Positions 13,522-27,298 of a DNA stretch of 64,000 nucleotides are shown in pieces (position 1 is the first letter of the stretch; each line of letters starts with the position of its first letter). A model generated the notes under the pieces. It saw only the letters and a list, made by a program, of their open reading frames with translations, was not told where the DNA came from and ran no database searches. The DNA comes from Paraphysomonas bandaiensis (lineage: Eukaryota > Protista > Chrysophyceae). The DNA lies in assembly GCA_965644295.1 (NCBI GenBank), contig CBFFRP010000360.1:62001-126000 (forward strand), written 5' to 3'. A program made the position numbers and the translations under genes.

Positions 13522-13585
13522 CAGGGCTGCGTCTCAATTCATTGACGTAGGTTGTATTCAATTATAATCGCAATTATTACTTCCT
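13522..13585 (+). mobile_element. hAT-type non-autonomous element end (family C)
   Basis: CAGGGCTGCGT..ATTGACGTAGGTTGTATTCAATTATAAT matches 48155-48220; matching reversed terminus at 32809-32822. Confidence 0.55.
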
Positions 13586-13882
13586 ATCTCAATTTCAATT
13601 ATTTAGTAGCTACTAAACTACATTACCTGCCAATATAGCTCCTTGAACTGTCATTTCATTCCAGAGGCGACGGTTCATACGTAATAACATAAGTAATTCT
13701 AAATGCAAATAATAGTGGGTTGGAATAATCGTTTTACTATAAACCACGACTTCCCATCTTTTCTTAATAAATACATTAGGGATTCAGTTTAAGTAGCTCG
13801 CTAGATATGGTTTGCAAACATTTACACAAACGCGAAAGCACTCAAGGAATTAGTAATTTACAAGACAACATCTAAAAGAGCA

Positions 13883-14641
13883 TCATAACAATCGCTTGAA
13901 TATAAAGCACCCTTCTTCACCGTCCGGAGAACTCCAGGAAAATCCATATCTATGCGCTGTATCAAAAACTTTGTCTATCTTCACATTTCGCCTAGCGTAT
14001 GCAAGGATAAATATTCCCTTGTCATCTTTGCGCAATAACTGATCAACTGACTCGAAGAGTGGAATTAAAATATCCTCTACGTATATAATGTCACTACCCA
14101 TCACTACATCAAACCTTCCATCATCAGATGGCAACCCACAATGAGCACGAAACTCAGGAAGTTTTAATCCCCATCGTAATTGTTTACAACATACATTGTT
14201 ATTGCAAACAGTCAAGTTGTTGGCCACATTCTCTCTCATCCCAGCAAGAGATTCAGAATCCCCATCCGTTATGCATACATACTTTGCCCCAAGAGCAGCG
14301 GCTAGTATACCACATAACCCCAGCCCCCCTCCAAGCTCTATAACAGTCTTGTCCCTGACATGATCCTCGCAATACGACACCAGATGATTGCACAGTATAG
14401 GAGCAGCCCGCCAGAGAGTCAGACCCGTTGAATTAAGCATTTGACCGTTCTCTGACTTGTGTCCGCGTAGTGTTATGGTGATATCTCCCTTATCTGAAGG
14501 AAACACATGAACGAACGTGTCCATAGGATCAGGATCAGCAAACAGATCACCCACACAACCATCATCACCATCCTCTAACATCTCCACCCACGGAGACTCC
14601 GTGTATTCTGATGGATTCGTTTCGTTTGTTGGGGATGCCAT
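13883..14641 (-). CDS. Lysine methyltransferase (Methyltransf_16 / METTL21-like), intronless
   Basis: TGLTLWRAA, VIELGGGLGLCG, ITDGD, QLRWG, FDVVMGSDIIY. Confidence 0.92.
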   Translation of the reverse strand: MASPTNETNPSEYTESPWVEMLEDGDDGCVGDLFADPDPMDTFVHVFPSDKGDITITLRGHKSENGQMLNSTGLTLWRAAPILCNHLVSYCEDHVRDKTVIELGGGLGLCGILAAALGAKYVCITDGDSESLAGMRENVANNLTVCNNNVCCKQLRWGLKLPEFRAHCGLPSDDGRFDVVMGSDIIYVEDILIPLFESVDQLLRKDDKGIFILAYARRNVKIDKVFDTAHRYGFSWSSPDGEEGCFIFKRLL

Positions 14642-14680
14642 GATCTATACAAGAATGACCACTATGAGACACTTAACACC

Positions 14681-15002
14681 ACATACATACATACATACAT
14701 ACATACATACATACATACATACATACATACATACATACATACATACATACATACATACATACATACATACATACATACATACATACATACATACATACAT
14801 ACATACATACATACATACATACATACATACATACATACATACATACATACATACATACATACATACATACATACATACATACATACATACATACATACAT
14901 ACATACATACATACATACATACATACATACATACATACATACATACATACATACATACATACATACATACATACATACATACATACATACATACATACAT
15001 AC
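14681..15002. repeat. (TACA)n microsatellite, about 320 bp, between divergent genes
   Basis: Pure tetranucleotide array 40 bp from the methyltransferase ATG and about 143 bp from the ABCF ATG. Confidence 0.99.
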
Positions 15003-15144
15003 TTACGTACATGTACCTGTGTACTGTATATGGTGCACTCTGTTCTCAATCCACTGAGAGGAACTCTCCACTCTCATATATATGTATGTATATCCCCATA
15101 TATAACCACATCCCATACACATATCTCTCTATCCACATATATCT

Positions 15145-18100
15145 ATGGGTCCAAAGAATCAGAAACACAAAGCAGTGTCTTCCGGATCAAAGTCATCTTC
15201 TGCTGCTGTTTTAAATGATCCAAATAAAAAAAATAAACGAGATAATCATAATAAACAAACCACAGATAAGAAGATGGATAAGAGGACGGATAAGAAGACA
15301 GAGAAGGCTGAGAAAAGGGAGATGGAGGCTAGAAGAATCAGAGAAAGAGATGCGATGATGGATATATCTGATGATACAGCAGAGGAGGAGGAGCATGATA
15401 GTATCGTAGGGTCTCATATGACACACAAGTTTACTGTTGATAAGTTTGGTAATACTGTATCAAAAGCAAAAGCTAAGGAAGAGGAACGTATTGAGGCGAT
15501 GCGGGCTGCTGCTAGAGCTCGACGTGCTGCGAAAGAGGCTGCAGGGGAGCTTGGTGCATCAGCTGATGTGACATCTAAACAACGAGCGAAGGCTGATGTG
15601 GATAGTGGCATCTCCGCCTCATTATCTTCTTCTCTGAAACTTTCTCATAAAGAAAAGAAAGCTATCAAGGCTGCACAAAGATCCGAGGCAGAAAACTCAT
15701 CTCGATTGGCGGAGGAGGCTGACGGACTTGGCTCGTTTTCCCTATCTGTGCAGCGTCAACATGCCTTTTCCACAGAAGGTATTAGTCATATTATTTGCAT
15801 TACATATTGCTCATACTCTGTCTGTAGGAGATGGAGAGGATGGTATACTCAGTGCCACTGATATTATAATACCTAGTTTTACACTGACGGCTCCTGGGCG
15901 AGTGTTGTTGCAGGATGCCACCCTGCGTATTGTGAGTGGACGCAGATATGGACTATTAGGACCTAATGGAAGGTCCGTGACTGTGATAAATCTTCATATA
16001 GGGATGTGTTCACTACTACCATATATTGTAACTATAATATGCTAATGTTTTCACCGTAGAGGAAAGACCACGCTGTTGAAGTTTTTGGCCGCTCGTAGAT
16101 TACCGGTGCCCCCTGGCGTTGATGTTTTGCTCGTGCAACAAGAGGTGCTCGCCTCTACAGACCCGGTTGTTGAGCAGGTAGTCATATACAAGTCCTCGTT
16201 ACATCATATGTCTGCACTGGCACGTCGATCATGAATGGTGCTTACAGTACTGATGTAGTATCTGCCTGTGGTGTCTAATAACTAACACTGACTTCTTTTT
16301 TTGTCGTACTGTTGTGATTCTGGATAGGTGTTGAGTGCAAATGCTCGACGATCATCTTTGCTTGAAGAGGAGGCGCAGCTATTGGCAGAGTTCAAGGCTC
16401 AGGATGACATGTCCTCTGCGCCAGAGACCGAAGGCTCTTCCTCTGTTACAAGTCCTCCCCCTCCCCCTTCTGAGGGACAGTGGACAGAAGATATATGGAA
16501 CTTAAAGCTCGATCGATTTGCCGCAATAGGAGAGGAACTCGAGGCTATTGGGGCGGATGCTTGTGAAGCTAAGGTATATTTTATTTTCTAATCTGCACAT
16601 ACTTCCCAGTGAGTGAGTGATCACACAAGTATTTCATGCTATAATGCGTCGTATACTTGACAGTAAGAAACCAAAGGAATGATGTAGATCTGTCTTGATA
16701 GGTGAGAAGGATTCTTACTGGTCTAGGGTTTTCGGAAGAAATGCAAGATGGCCCATCAACAGTTCTCTCAGGGGGTTGGAGGATGCGTGTGTCACTTGCT
16801 CAGGCACTCTTCATGGAGCCGAAGCTCCTTTTGCTAGTGAGTGCATATTTGTATATGCTGTTTTATATATTCTAGTTATATTCTTTTCTGCGAATTTATA
16901 TTAAAAATTTACTATACAGGACGAGCCGACGAATCATCTGGACCTAAATGCTGTGTTGTGGCTTGATGACTACTTGTCCAATTACTGGACTGGATCATTA
17001 CTAGTCGTATCTCATGATGCAGATTTTCTGGACTCCATATGCACGGATATTATTCACTTAGACTCGAATCAACTCCACTACTACAGGTGTGAATTTATGG
17101 TCTATGGAAGCGTCTAATATGGATCTGTAGTGGGTCATACTCTAACTTTGAAGGTATGCGTGGCCAAATCGAATCCAAAAAGGAGAGGGATTATAAACAT
17201 CAACAAAAGACTCTGAAAGAGTTTAAAGCGCAAGGATTAAAAACTGACAAAGCAGAGCGTAAAGCAATGCAGAAGCTTGGAGTTTTGAGTTTGTTAGAGC
17301 CACCTAAAGAGTACAGAGTGAATTTTAAATTCAAGGCTAATGAGACAGATGCGGGGGCTGCCGTGGATGTGCTAGATGGAAGCTTTTCGTACGGTGATAG
17401 GGAGCTGTTTTGTCAACTGCGGTTTCGGGTTGATACTTACAGCAGAATTGCTATAGTAGGTCCCAATGGCGTAAGTAGCACTGGAAATTTAGTGTTTTTA
17501 TAATATGTTTTCAGGCTGGAAAGTCTACTTTACTGAAGCTTATCACTGGTGGCCTTCAAGTCACCTCTGGGGAGGTTCTGAGGCATAGTCGATTGAGGAT
17601 AGGAAGATACGACCAGCACTTCGAGGAGTTGTTACCTTTTGATATTACACCTGTTGATTTCCTTACCTCTTCTTATAGCGTCGATGTCTCGGAAGCGAGA
17701 AAGTATTTAGGTACTCAGCATATATCCGGGATTGAAACTGTAACAGTAATACGGATAATTTAGGGATGTTTGGACTGGATGGGACACGACATTTGATTCG
17801 TATTAGACAATTGTCAGGAGGTCAGAAGGTTTGTATATTTGCCTGTGGTTTGCTGCTATTGTAAAACTCATGCAGGCAAGGGTTGTATTGGCTTCATTAT
17901 CTCTGCAGAAGCCACATATTCTTGTACTTGACGAGCCTACCAATCACCTCGACATGGAGTCAGTGGAAGCTTTGATATCAGGCATTCGTGATTTCCCTGG
18001 TGGTGTGGTGTTGGTTTCGCATGACGCGCGTTTGATATCTGCCACGGAGTGTGAGCTTTGGGTGTGTGGAGATCGTAGTACCGGGACTGGAGTTCGCGTA

Positions 18101-18247
18101 GAAAACAGAGGATTTGAGAGATATAGACTTGATGTAATTACTGAAGTTCACAAACAGCAAGAAAGAGCAGAAATGAAAGCAAAGGAGCGAGCACGGGTTA
18201 AGAAAAATGAAAGAGCAGGACGATTAAGTAGAAGACGAACAGCTTAG
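15145..18247 (+). CDS. ABC-F family ATPase, multi-exon
   Basis: Two nucleotide-binding domains without membrane segments: [27 protein letters not shown]; [29 protein letters not shown]; charged N-terminal extension. Confidence 0.95.
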
Positions 18248-19231
18248 AAGTTTATGTTTTCAGTCGTATTACACTGTGTGCCACGGTCATATTATGACAC
18301 GGAAGATGATTATGTGTGTCACTCATTGATGTGCGTTTTGCTTGTAATGAGTGAATTTCGTTTATTTAATGAAGTTGTAATACTACTTATCTTTTTGATG
18401 CAGAAACGGTCATTGCTTTCGACTTTCATGTTGCATATAGATCTGACAATGACAGTACACATATAAGACTTAGGATTGACTGGTGAACATATGATAAATA
18501 AGCATGTTAATGAGAACAGATGTTCACTATATGTTAAATTACTATGCAATGTTGTGAAGCATTTAGAATTTGGATGCATATTTATAGCTCTTTCGTCGTG
18601 TGCAACGAAACAAGCTGAAGCTTTACGAGTGTGGAGCAAGTATATTTTCAGTTTAATGCTCAATTCCAACGTTGAAGTTGATTACTTCTAATACACTTGT
18701 CAAAGTACACAGTAATTTGTCTTTCAAGAAGTCATCTCAAACTCTGTGGATTTAGCTATTATGTATTTATATTACGAACTAAAAGAGGTGATTGAAACAT
18801 AATACTCCTAATAGGCAGATTCACAAATAATAGAGGAAGCTATGCGCCAGGTTCTTAATAAAGAAAGTACTTGGGAAAGTCTTTGACTGTTGCTTATGAT
18901 AAGAAGGTTACAAAAATTGAGAGGTCTAACATGAGTGGTGATTGGAGCCTATCATGGACTGAAGTGGAGGCAATTATGAACCAGTGAATCCCACGGCCAT
19001 GAAAAAGCGTCATATAATAAGCAATTCAAGAGGGAAATAGTGGTTTTTGTGGAGGCAGTAAGCTTTCTACACCATCACTAGTAAAATATATGCAGTCAAT
19101 GTGGGTTGAAGCATAATGAAGCTAATACAAATGGGAAATGTAAACGGGTTACAGATGGCGTATTTGATCCTTTTGGGTTTATTTTGGACACACCCAGATA
19201 CCTCGAGAAGACTCAAGTATATAACCATTGG

Positions 19232-19609
19232 CTAATAAGCGGACTGAACCAATACAGGATCCTCTGGAGTCGACACCGACGAATCATCATCACTGTCCTG
19301 TACCCGTGGAGACGATACAAACGCTTCAGCTCCGGAGGTTGAATTACGTGCAGTATGCACCCAATTCTGTACAGGAGACAGAGGAGTATCCGTACCACTT
19401 CCTGGTTCTGTATCATTCTTGTTCATACATTCCTTGGCTGGAGAGTCCTTATTTGAATTGGATCTTTCCTCCCTCACATCTGCTATAATGGAATGATTGT
19501 CAATATATACCCGTTTTGGTTGGAATACAGCCTCACCGGATGACAAGGTCCCCTCCGGGCTGATTGGCTGTCCCACCTGCTGCTCAGGAATAGTCGTAGC
19601 TAGGCTGTC
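19232..19609 (-). CDS. Probable exon of a hypothetical Ser-rich protein (gene ends unresolved)
   Basis: Open frame of about 125 codons with coding-like composition following a possible AG acceptor. Confidence 0.3.
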   Translation of the reverse strand, partial: DSLATTIPEQQVGQPISPEGTLSSGEAVFQPKRVYIDNHSIIADVREERSNSNKDSPAKECMNKNDTEPGSGTDTPLSPVQNWVHTARNSTSGAEAFVSSPRVQDSDDDSSVSTPEDPVLVQSAY

Positions 19610-19629
19610 TACTTAAGATATATCTACAC

Positions 19630-19761
19630 CAGGGCCTGATAACCATTAATGTCCCACTAATGGTAGTCCAGTTCCCGGAAATTATAATGGCAATAATGAA
19701 AAATGTCCCGGAAATTATAATGGCCATTAATGCCATTACCATTAATGGTTACCAGGCCCTG
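19630..19761. mobile_element. 132-bp hAT-type MITE
   Basis: 22-bp TIRs CAGGGCCTGATAACCATTAATG / CATTAATGGTTACCAGGCCCTG (1 mismatch); 8-bp TSD ATCTACAC / GTCTACAC; internal direct repeat CCCGGAAATTATAATGGC. Confidence 0.9.
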
Positions 19762-19926
19762 GTCTACACAATATCATTATACCATAACCCACTTAAGCGA
19801 TACACACACTGAGAAGTTCATAGATAAAGTAGTCATTTCATTATTACAGAGTAGGCGCTTAACTTGTTTAATGAAGATATGCAACAAAAATATACAGACA
19901 TTAAGCAGGTGTAGCATTGATGTTCA

Positions 19927-22900
19927 TCAAAAATCATCATCTACAGTGTTGTCATTATTATCGCCTTGCATCAATGCATCAGCGAGCATACATTGTAGGT
20001 CAGCCATTTCTCCGTCCTCAGCATTCTCGCCTCCAGATTCATCATTACCACTACCTAGCCTACTGCTTTCTTCTTTCTGAGCTTCTCTTGCAGCTTCTCT
20101 CTCGGCTCGTGCTATCTTAGATTCGGAGAGGTCATCGGAATATTTGTCATTGTCATTGTGTCTTGTAAGCCAGGTATCGAGAGTTTTAACAAGGTCATCG
20201 TTTTCCAACTTTTCATTGCTATCACCCACCCCATTATCACTATCAGATCCAGATGAGTACGAAAATATTTCGCTATCGTCCAATTCAAGACGCTTTTGGG
20301 CGCTGTTAGGGGTACGGACGGACTTTTTGGCCCTGTCCTTCCCCCCAGGCCCTTTCCCCTTATTTACTCCAATTGCTCTATTCACCTCCTCATTCGCCGC
20401 AGCAACCTTACCAAGAATCTCATCCAGATTAGGTCGAGCAGAGGGCCCATCACGAGGCCTACTACTGGAAATTCCTGAACCATTTCTACGAGCTCGCTGG
20501 TTTCGATCAGGGGTTTTCTCCTCCTCGGGAATAGTAGAAGATTGAGATACTAAGTACAGTGATATATCAATTTAAAAGCATCAACTTCTTTTCTCATACC
20601 TTTCTTGAAACTCTGAGCACCTTGCTGCTGCTGAGCTTTCAGCATACGAAATTTCTGATTTATTGTACAGCAGTTGATGAGCTTTTTTGTTTATAATACT
20701 AATAGAGTATACCTCTTTGGCCTGAATTCTGGCCTGATGCTCTCGGCCATGTTTTGCTTCTATGGCTTTCAGTACGACCTCTTCATCTTCTTCAACCTCA
20801 CGAGCAATTGACTCTACAACCGCAGTTAGTATCATACACGATAACGGGAGTGGAAGCTCACCGCCATAAGCTCTGATTAAGGTTGCGCTTTCTTGCACTT
20901 CCACTGCATCATCCTCGTCCCCACCCAAACTTTCTCCCACGTTTTCCTGAGGAGGATTCACTACAGGACGAAAAGGATCCACAGGAGTTCCCCAGCCCTT
21001 TCGAGATCGCCGCCCACTATCCTTATTACCACGTTGACGCCTTGCGGCTGGTGGCTGATTGCCCCCCCAGTCGACAGTCATATCGTCGTCATCAGCGGTG
21101 CTGCTGCCATCGCTAACGTTGCGCTGCGCCCTTGACCGATTCCAATTCGATGAGTTGCTGTCACGAGATCTAAAGGGATTCAAATTGGCTTCACTTGAAG
21201 ACTCTTTGCTGTTGGAGCGGCCCCTGTCAGTAGACTCGACGGATACAGATGTCTTCTTGTCAGACCATGCTCCACCGCCTCCAACTGGATTCATATCATT
21301 CCCTTCGCTCAGATCAATGCTGAAAGCAACTGCCTCAGGGCGCCCTTCTTTTCGCATTGCCCGGCGCTGAGCTCTGTTTTCGGCAGCAACTGACCGCAGA
21401 GCCTTTGCAAACGTAAAGAAAACATTAAGCACATCCTACAACATACACAAATAGCAGGGTACCTCTTCTCGCTGTCGAGCATCTTCTTCCCTCTGCTTTT
21501 CTCGGCGACGTTGTCGCTCAATATGACTCTCGCTCTGCTCCGAATCGTCATCAAATCTAGTGGGACTGTTTGGCATCTTACTAACAAGAAATTATAAGAT
21601 TGATAATTGCATACCTCCGGCTGCCATCCCCATAACCCCCACCGCCTGATGGCCTTCTAACAGGCTCACCTTGTCTCCTGCGCTGCTCTTGCAGTCTCGC
21701 CTTCGCTGCCCTTGTCTCTTCATATGCAAGCTGGAGCTACAACAAATATCAGTGACGCTACAAAATAATTAACGTCGCTTGCCTGTCTCTGTCTTTCAGA
21801 ATTCTCTCGTTCACGTTCCCTTTCCCTCTGTGCTTTTACTTGTGCTATTCTATCCTCACCTGCAGCACAGCACACTCAGATATACACCACCATTTCAGGT
21901 CACATGAATAAAATCCTCCATACAGAGGCCTAGTAAATTCAAATGTATCCACTACGGGGATGTACCTGTGAGCGGCGCGTCGGAATAACCTATCATATTT
22001 CTGCCGCCACCCTCTTGCACCCCACGTAGTCCAGCTCGACTACCTCCCTCTCTCTCATATTGCTCAACCCGTGCCTTTATCTGCTGCGCCGCGGCTCGAT
22101 TCGCAAAAAATTCCCTTGAGATCAACAAACATGAGATGTCCAAATGTAAATTTTATAGAGAGTTTTCACCTCCTGGCAGCACTCTCGAACTGGGAAGAGT
22201 CATTTCCCCTGTGCGCCATCTCGCGGCCAGAATATTCATCGTGGCCATAGCCGCGTCCTCTAGATAGGTTTGTGGCATCATGACCGGCCTTCTGCTTGTT
22301 CTCTCTAGCCTTGGCTTGGTTCTCCTGCGTTCCATCTCAGTGCTACTTCTTTCAAAAATAAATCATAGACCCACCAAATATATATTCCGCACTTCATCGG
22401 CTTGCTTTTGTTGTTGCTGGAGCTGGTATATCTCCATTTGATGTTGCTTTTCACGCTGGCGCATCTGCTCTCGTATTGCTGCAACCTCTTCATCAGCAGA
22501 AGGACGCCTCCCAGGAGCACGGGATGTTTGTCCAACCGACGACACAGACGCTGATGGAACAAGTACTACATCTTCTGTAGCATCTGACCCACTTCTCTCC
22601 TTACGCCTTTCCTGGCTACAACACGAATAAACGTTAGCCTACAACCGACACCTTGTAGTCCTCTCACCGGAATTTTCGCAGTTTTTCTCTTTCCTCTTCC
22701 CTCTTCGCTTGTCGTTCTCTATGCATCTACAAATTTCAGTTTATATAATTATCACATGAAGTTCCCTATCACCACCTGTTCTACTTGATGATTCTTTTCT
22801 TTTTCTCTCTGCTCTACACGCTGTCTCTCACGTTCTTTCTCAATAGTTCGATCGACCTCCTCTGGGTCAATTGCGGGACTATGCGTCACCGCACTTTCCG

Positions 22901-23887
22901 CCCCACCTGTGCCCATGCGAATGGTATGAGAGAGTAGACGGCTAATGTGACCAGTCACGAATTCAGTCCGCACAACGTCTTTCACAGTCGGGCGCTTCGC
23001 TGGATTCTTCATGACCATCTGTCTCGTCTACACCAAACAATCAAAATTAATAAGCAATCCCTAAAAGCTACAATGTCGAGATAATGCCAAAGAGTTACCA
23101 GGGCTAATATCTGAGGGCTGTAATTCTCCTCTATGATGGTCCAACTAGGGTCAGCAGAACAGATCTTCACAACTAAAGCTGGTAAACTCTGAGCTGTAAA
23201 TGGAAGTTCCAGCGCCAACAACTCATATAGAACAATACCTATAAGAATATACATTGGTGTAATTACATAAGCTCGTTTGATAAAGTGCTGTGTCTCCCAC
23301 ATACCTAGTGACCAAATATCAGAACTACGTCCATAAGGTTTAGATTCGCATATCTCAGGAGATAAGTAGTACGGCGTCCCTATCTGAGTACGTGCTTCAT
23401 CTCCAGATGCATCCAGGATTTTGGCAATCCCAAAGTCGCCTAATTTAACAATGCCTTTGCTCGTAAGGAAAATATTTTGTGACTTAAGATCACGATGCAA
23501 AATATTCTGATCATGTACATGTTTCAATGCTAAACATATTTGAACAAATATTCTCATAACTTCTTCTTCATCCCATCTTTGAGCACTCTTCTTTCTTCTC
23601 TGTACAGCACCAGTGAGATCCCCTCCATCCGCATACTCCATTACTATATATAACTTTGAGTTCTCTACAAAACTCTCCACATACATCGCTATATTAGAAT
23701 GATGCATTTGACGGAGTACTTCAACTTCATTCTTTGCTGATTGTTGTTCTGATTCTTTTAAATGGCCGATAACAATTTCTTTAATAACAAAATTTTCTTT
23801 TGGATTTGATTTTAAGCTGACGAGAATAGCCGCCCCATATGAGCCCTTACCAAGATACTTCACCTTCTTGTACTTCTTTAGAGACAT
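19927..23887 (-). CDS. NIMA-related kinase (NEK1-like) with long coiled-coil/low-complexity C-terminus, multi-exon
   Basis: LGKGSYG, VIKEI, IVMEYADGGDL, LHRDLKSQNIFL, VKLGDFGIAK, IGTPYYLSPEICE, SDIWSLG. Confidence 0.93.
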
Positions 23888-24014
23888 TGAGATTGTGGGG
23901 ATGGGGTGAGAGTTTATTAGTTGAGACTTGAGGGTCTCTCAGATGTGATTGAGAGAGACTGTCATTACTATGACATGATGCTATATATAAACACACCTGG
24001 AATATAACTAACAG

Positions 24015-24105
<91 letters not shown>

Positions 24106-25586
24106 TACATATACATACATACATACATACATACATACATACATACATACATACATACATACATACATACATACATACATACATACATACATACATACAT
24201 ACATACATACATACATACATACATACATACATACATACATACATACATACATACATACATACATACATACATAGATACATACATACATACATACATACAT
24301 ACATACATACATACATACATACATACATACATACATACATACATACATACATACATACATACATACATACATACATACATACATACAGACATACATACAT
24401 ACATACATACATACATACATACATACATACATACATACATACATACATACATACATACATACATACATACATACATACATACATACATACATACATACAT
24501 ACATACATACATACATACATACATACATACATACATACATACATACATACTAACATACATACATACATACATACAAACAAACATACATACCTACATACCT
24601 ACATACATACATACATTCATTAATACATAGATACGTACATACATACAGACATACATACATACATACATACATACAGACATACATACATACATACATACAT
24701 ACATACATACATACATACATACATACATACATACATACATACATACATACATACATACATACATACATACATACATACATACATACATACATACATACAT
24801 ACATACATACATACATACATACATACATACACATACACATACACATACACATACATATACATACATACATACATACATACATACATACATACATACATAC
24901 ATACATACATACATACATACATACATACATACATACATACATACATACATACATACATACATACATACATACATACATACATACATACATACATACATAC
25001 ATACATACATACATACATACATACATACATACATACATACATACATACATACATACATACATACATACATACATACATACATACATACATACATACATAC
25101 ATACATACATACATACATACATACATACATACATACATACATACATACATACATACATACATACATACATACATACATACATACATACATACATACATAC
25201 ATACATACATACATACATACATACATACATACATACATACATACATACATACATACATACATACATACATACATACATACATACATACATACATACATAC
25301 ATACATACATACATACATACATACATACATACATACATACATACATACATACATACATACATACATACATACATACATACATACATACATACATACATAC
25401 ATACATACATACATACATACATACATACATACATACATACATACATACATACATACATACATACATACATACATACATACATACATACATACATACATAC
25501 ATACATACATACATACATACATACATACATACATACATACATACATACATACATACATACATACATACATACATACATACATACAT
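24015..25586. repeat. Compound (CATACA)n/(TACA)n microsatellite, about 1.57 kb, between divergent genes
   Basis: Array about 128 bp from the NEK ATG and about 63 bp from the HXXEE ATG; variant blocks at 24015-24110, 24550-24680, 24825-24860. Confidence 0.99.
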
Positions 25587-25648
25587 GATATGGTAGCTCA
25601 TATCAAGGAGTATCCTCATCACAATATATCAACTACGTCATAATCATA

Positions 25649-26551
25649 ATGGATGTGGATTTATTTCTCAAGGTTATCTCAGAAGGTCGTCAGATGTCGA
25701 CTCTTCAAGCCTCATCTCTGGCAGCAGCTACTGCTCTTCTCCTCTCAGTCAACTATATCATCGCCCCCTATTACTACCCCTCTATATACTACCACTGGCC
25801 TTATATCGGCATAGCTGTTGCTGTGTCTATTTGTATGTTTTGTTTGGCTACTATTAGGAGTGTGGGTCTAACGGGTCATATGGTATATACGAGATTACTG
25901 TTATGTCTGTTGATTCTTGCATATGCGATCCATCAGTATGAAGAGAATGGAGTAGACCTCAAAGACCGGAAATTTGCATTTACTCCTTTTAGTAATGAAA
26001 TGTTTGACACATTTTTACCATTATTCAAGTGTCATGACGTCAAATCCTGTGCTTTCAATGCATATAACGTCATGGCATACAACACGATAGGTATTTGGTT
26101 GCCCCTCATGGCTCTCCCTTTTCTCTTCGTCACCTATCCTCTATACGCTTTATTTGTGGGTGGTTTGACTCTTGTAAACGCCATTGGTCATGTGTGTGCA
26201 TGTATTCTTACTGGCACTTATAGTCCTGGAGTAGCATCGTCTCTTGTTTTAGTTACACCCGTTGCTATACTCTGCTCTCATCGTGTGATTCGGTATATGT
26301 ATCACGGTGAAATCTTGTTGTGGTTTATAGTTATATTAGCTGGGGTTTGGTCACACAGCTGCATTGCGGTGCTTGTACTACTTGTTGACATGATGGGCTG
26401 GCTTCCTCGTGAAGTCTGGCCATTGTTTACTCTCTTTTTCCTTGTTGTTATGCCTATCACATTTGCGAAGGTAGTTGGATATAAATTGGATGAACTCAAT
26501 GCTAAAAGGAGCAGAAACCCCGTAGAATTTCGCGAACATGTAGTAGTGTAA
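25649..26551 (+). CDS. HXXEE-domain multi-pass membrane protein, intronless
   Basis: AIHQYEENG, NAIGH and YSPG motifs; many hydrophobic segments. Confidence 0.8.
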   Translation: MDVDLFLKVISEGRQMSTLQASSLAAATALLLSVNYIIAPYYYPSIYYHWPYIGIAVAVSICMFCLATIRSVGLTGHMVYTRLLLCLLILAYAIHQYEENGVDLKDRKFAFTPFSNEMFDTFLPLFKCHDVKSCAFNAYNVMAYNTIGIWLPLMALPFLFVTYPLYALFVGGLTLVNAIGHVCACILTGTYSPGVASSLVLVTPVAILCSHRVIRYMYHGEILLWFIVILAGVWSHSCIAVLVLLVDMMGWLPREVWPLFTLFFLVVMPITFAKVVGYKLDELNAKRSRNPVEFREHVVV

Positions 26552-27298
26552 AAGAAATATGTTCGTTGAAAGCTATTGTATAACTATTATTGCATATCCT
26601 TCCCACTTTCTTCGACGTGCGTTGTTTTTTGCATAATTAGAATTTAGCACTATCAGCTACGATGTATTTATTAGGAATACGATACAGGTATATTCTGTAA
26701 TGCTCTCAACAAGTACTATTATAAGGAGGGGCTTATTACTTCGTAGAGTGTAGAATAGCTGTTGTATTCTATGATGATTACATACCGTCTCTGTCAAGCT
26801 ATTTATCAGACAGTTAGCTCTAAACTATTAAAGGTGTGTAGGACTAAACACTTACCGAATATATTTTTCTGATGATCTGTTAGAGTAACCAGTGTAAACA
26901 GTCAGTACGCAAGATGCCAGTAGAATGATCGTCACTGTGATGAGTACTAGCAAGGCTACATTATGGCCACACTGTCGGAATGGGGCATCAATTATTATTA
27001 GTACGTTGCATTGCCTTCTTCTGTTGTTGTATATGTGGTACTTTACTGCTTTGCTACATATGCGTCATAGTTATCTGGTCATTTCTTCGTCAAGTATCAA
27101 GCCCCTAATAGCCTAATAGTCAGCGTCTACGTACTGGGCTTAGAATAAGGTACTAAACCTCAATTCAATTTGGCTTAGGAAACTAACACCACATACTAGA
27201 AAGTAATTTTAATCTTATAGTTTAAAAAAATAATATAAACTTCACTTCTACCCACTTCACATGACTTGTGGTGTGCCGGCTCAAAGTGCGTGTGATTA

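Noticed and set aside
21861-21965. Possible 6-nt microexon (GCCTCT) inside a 105-nt NEK intron
   Set aside because: Both splicing patterns keep frame; cannot be decided without RNA reads
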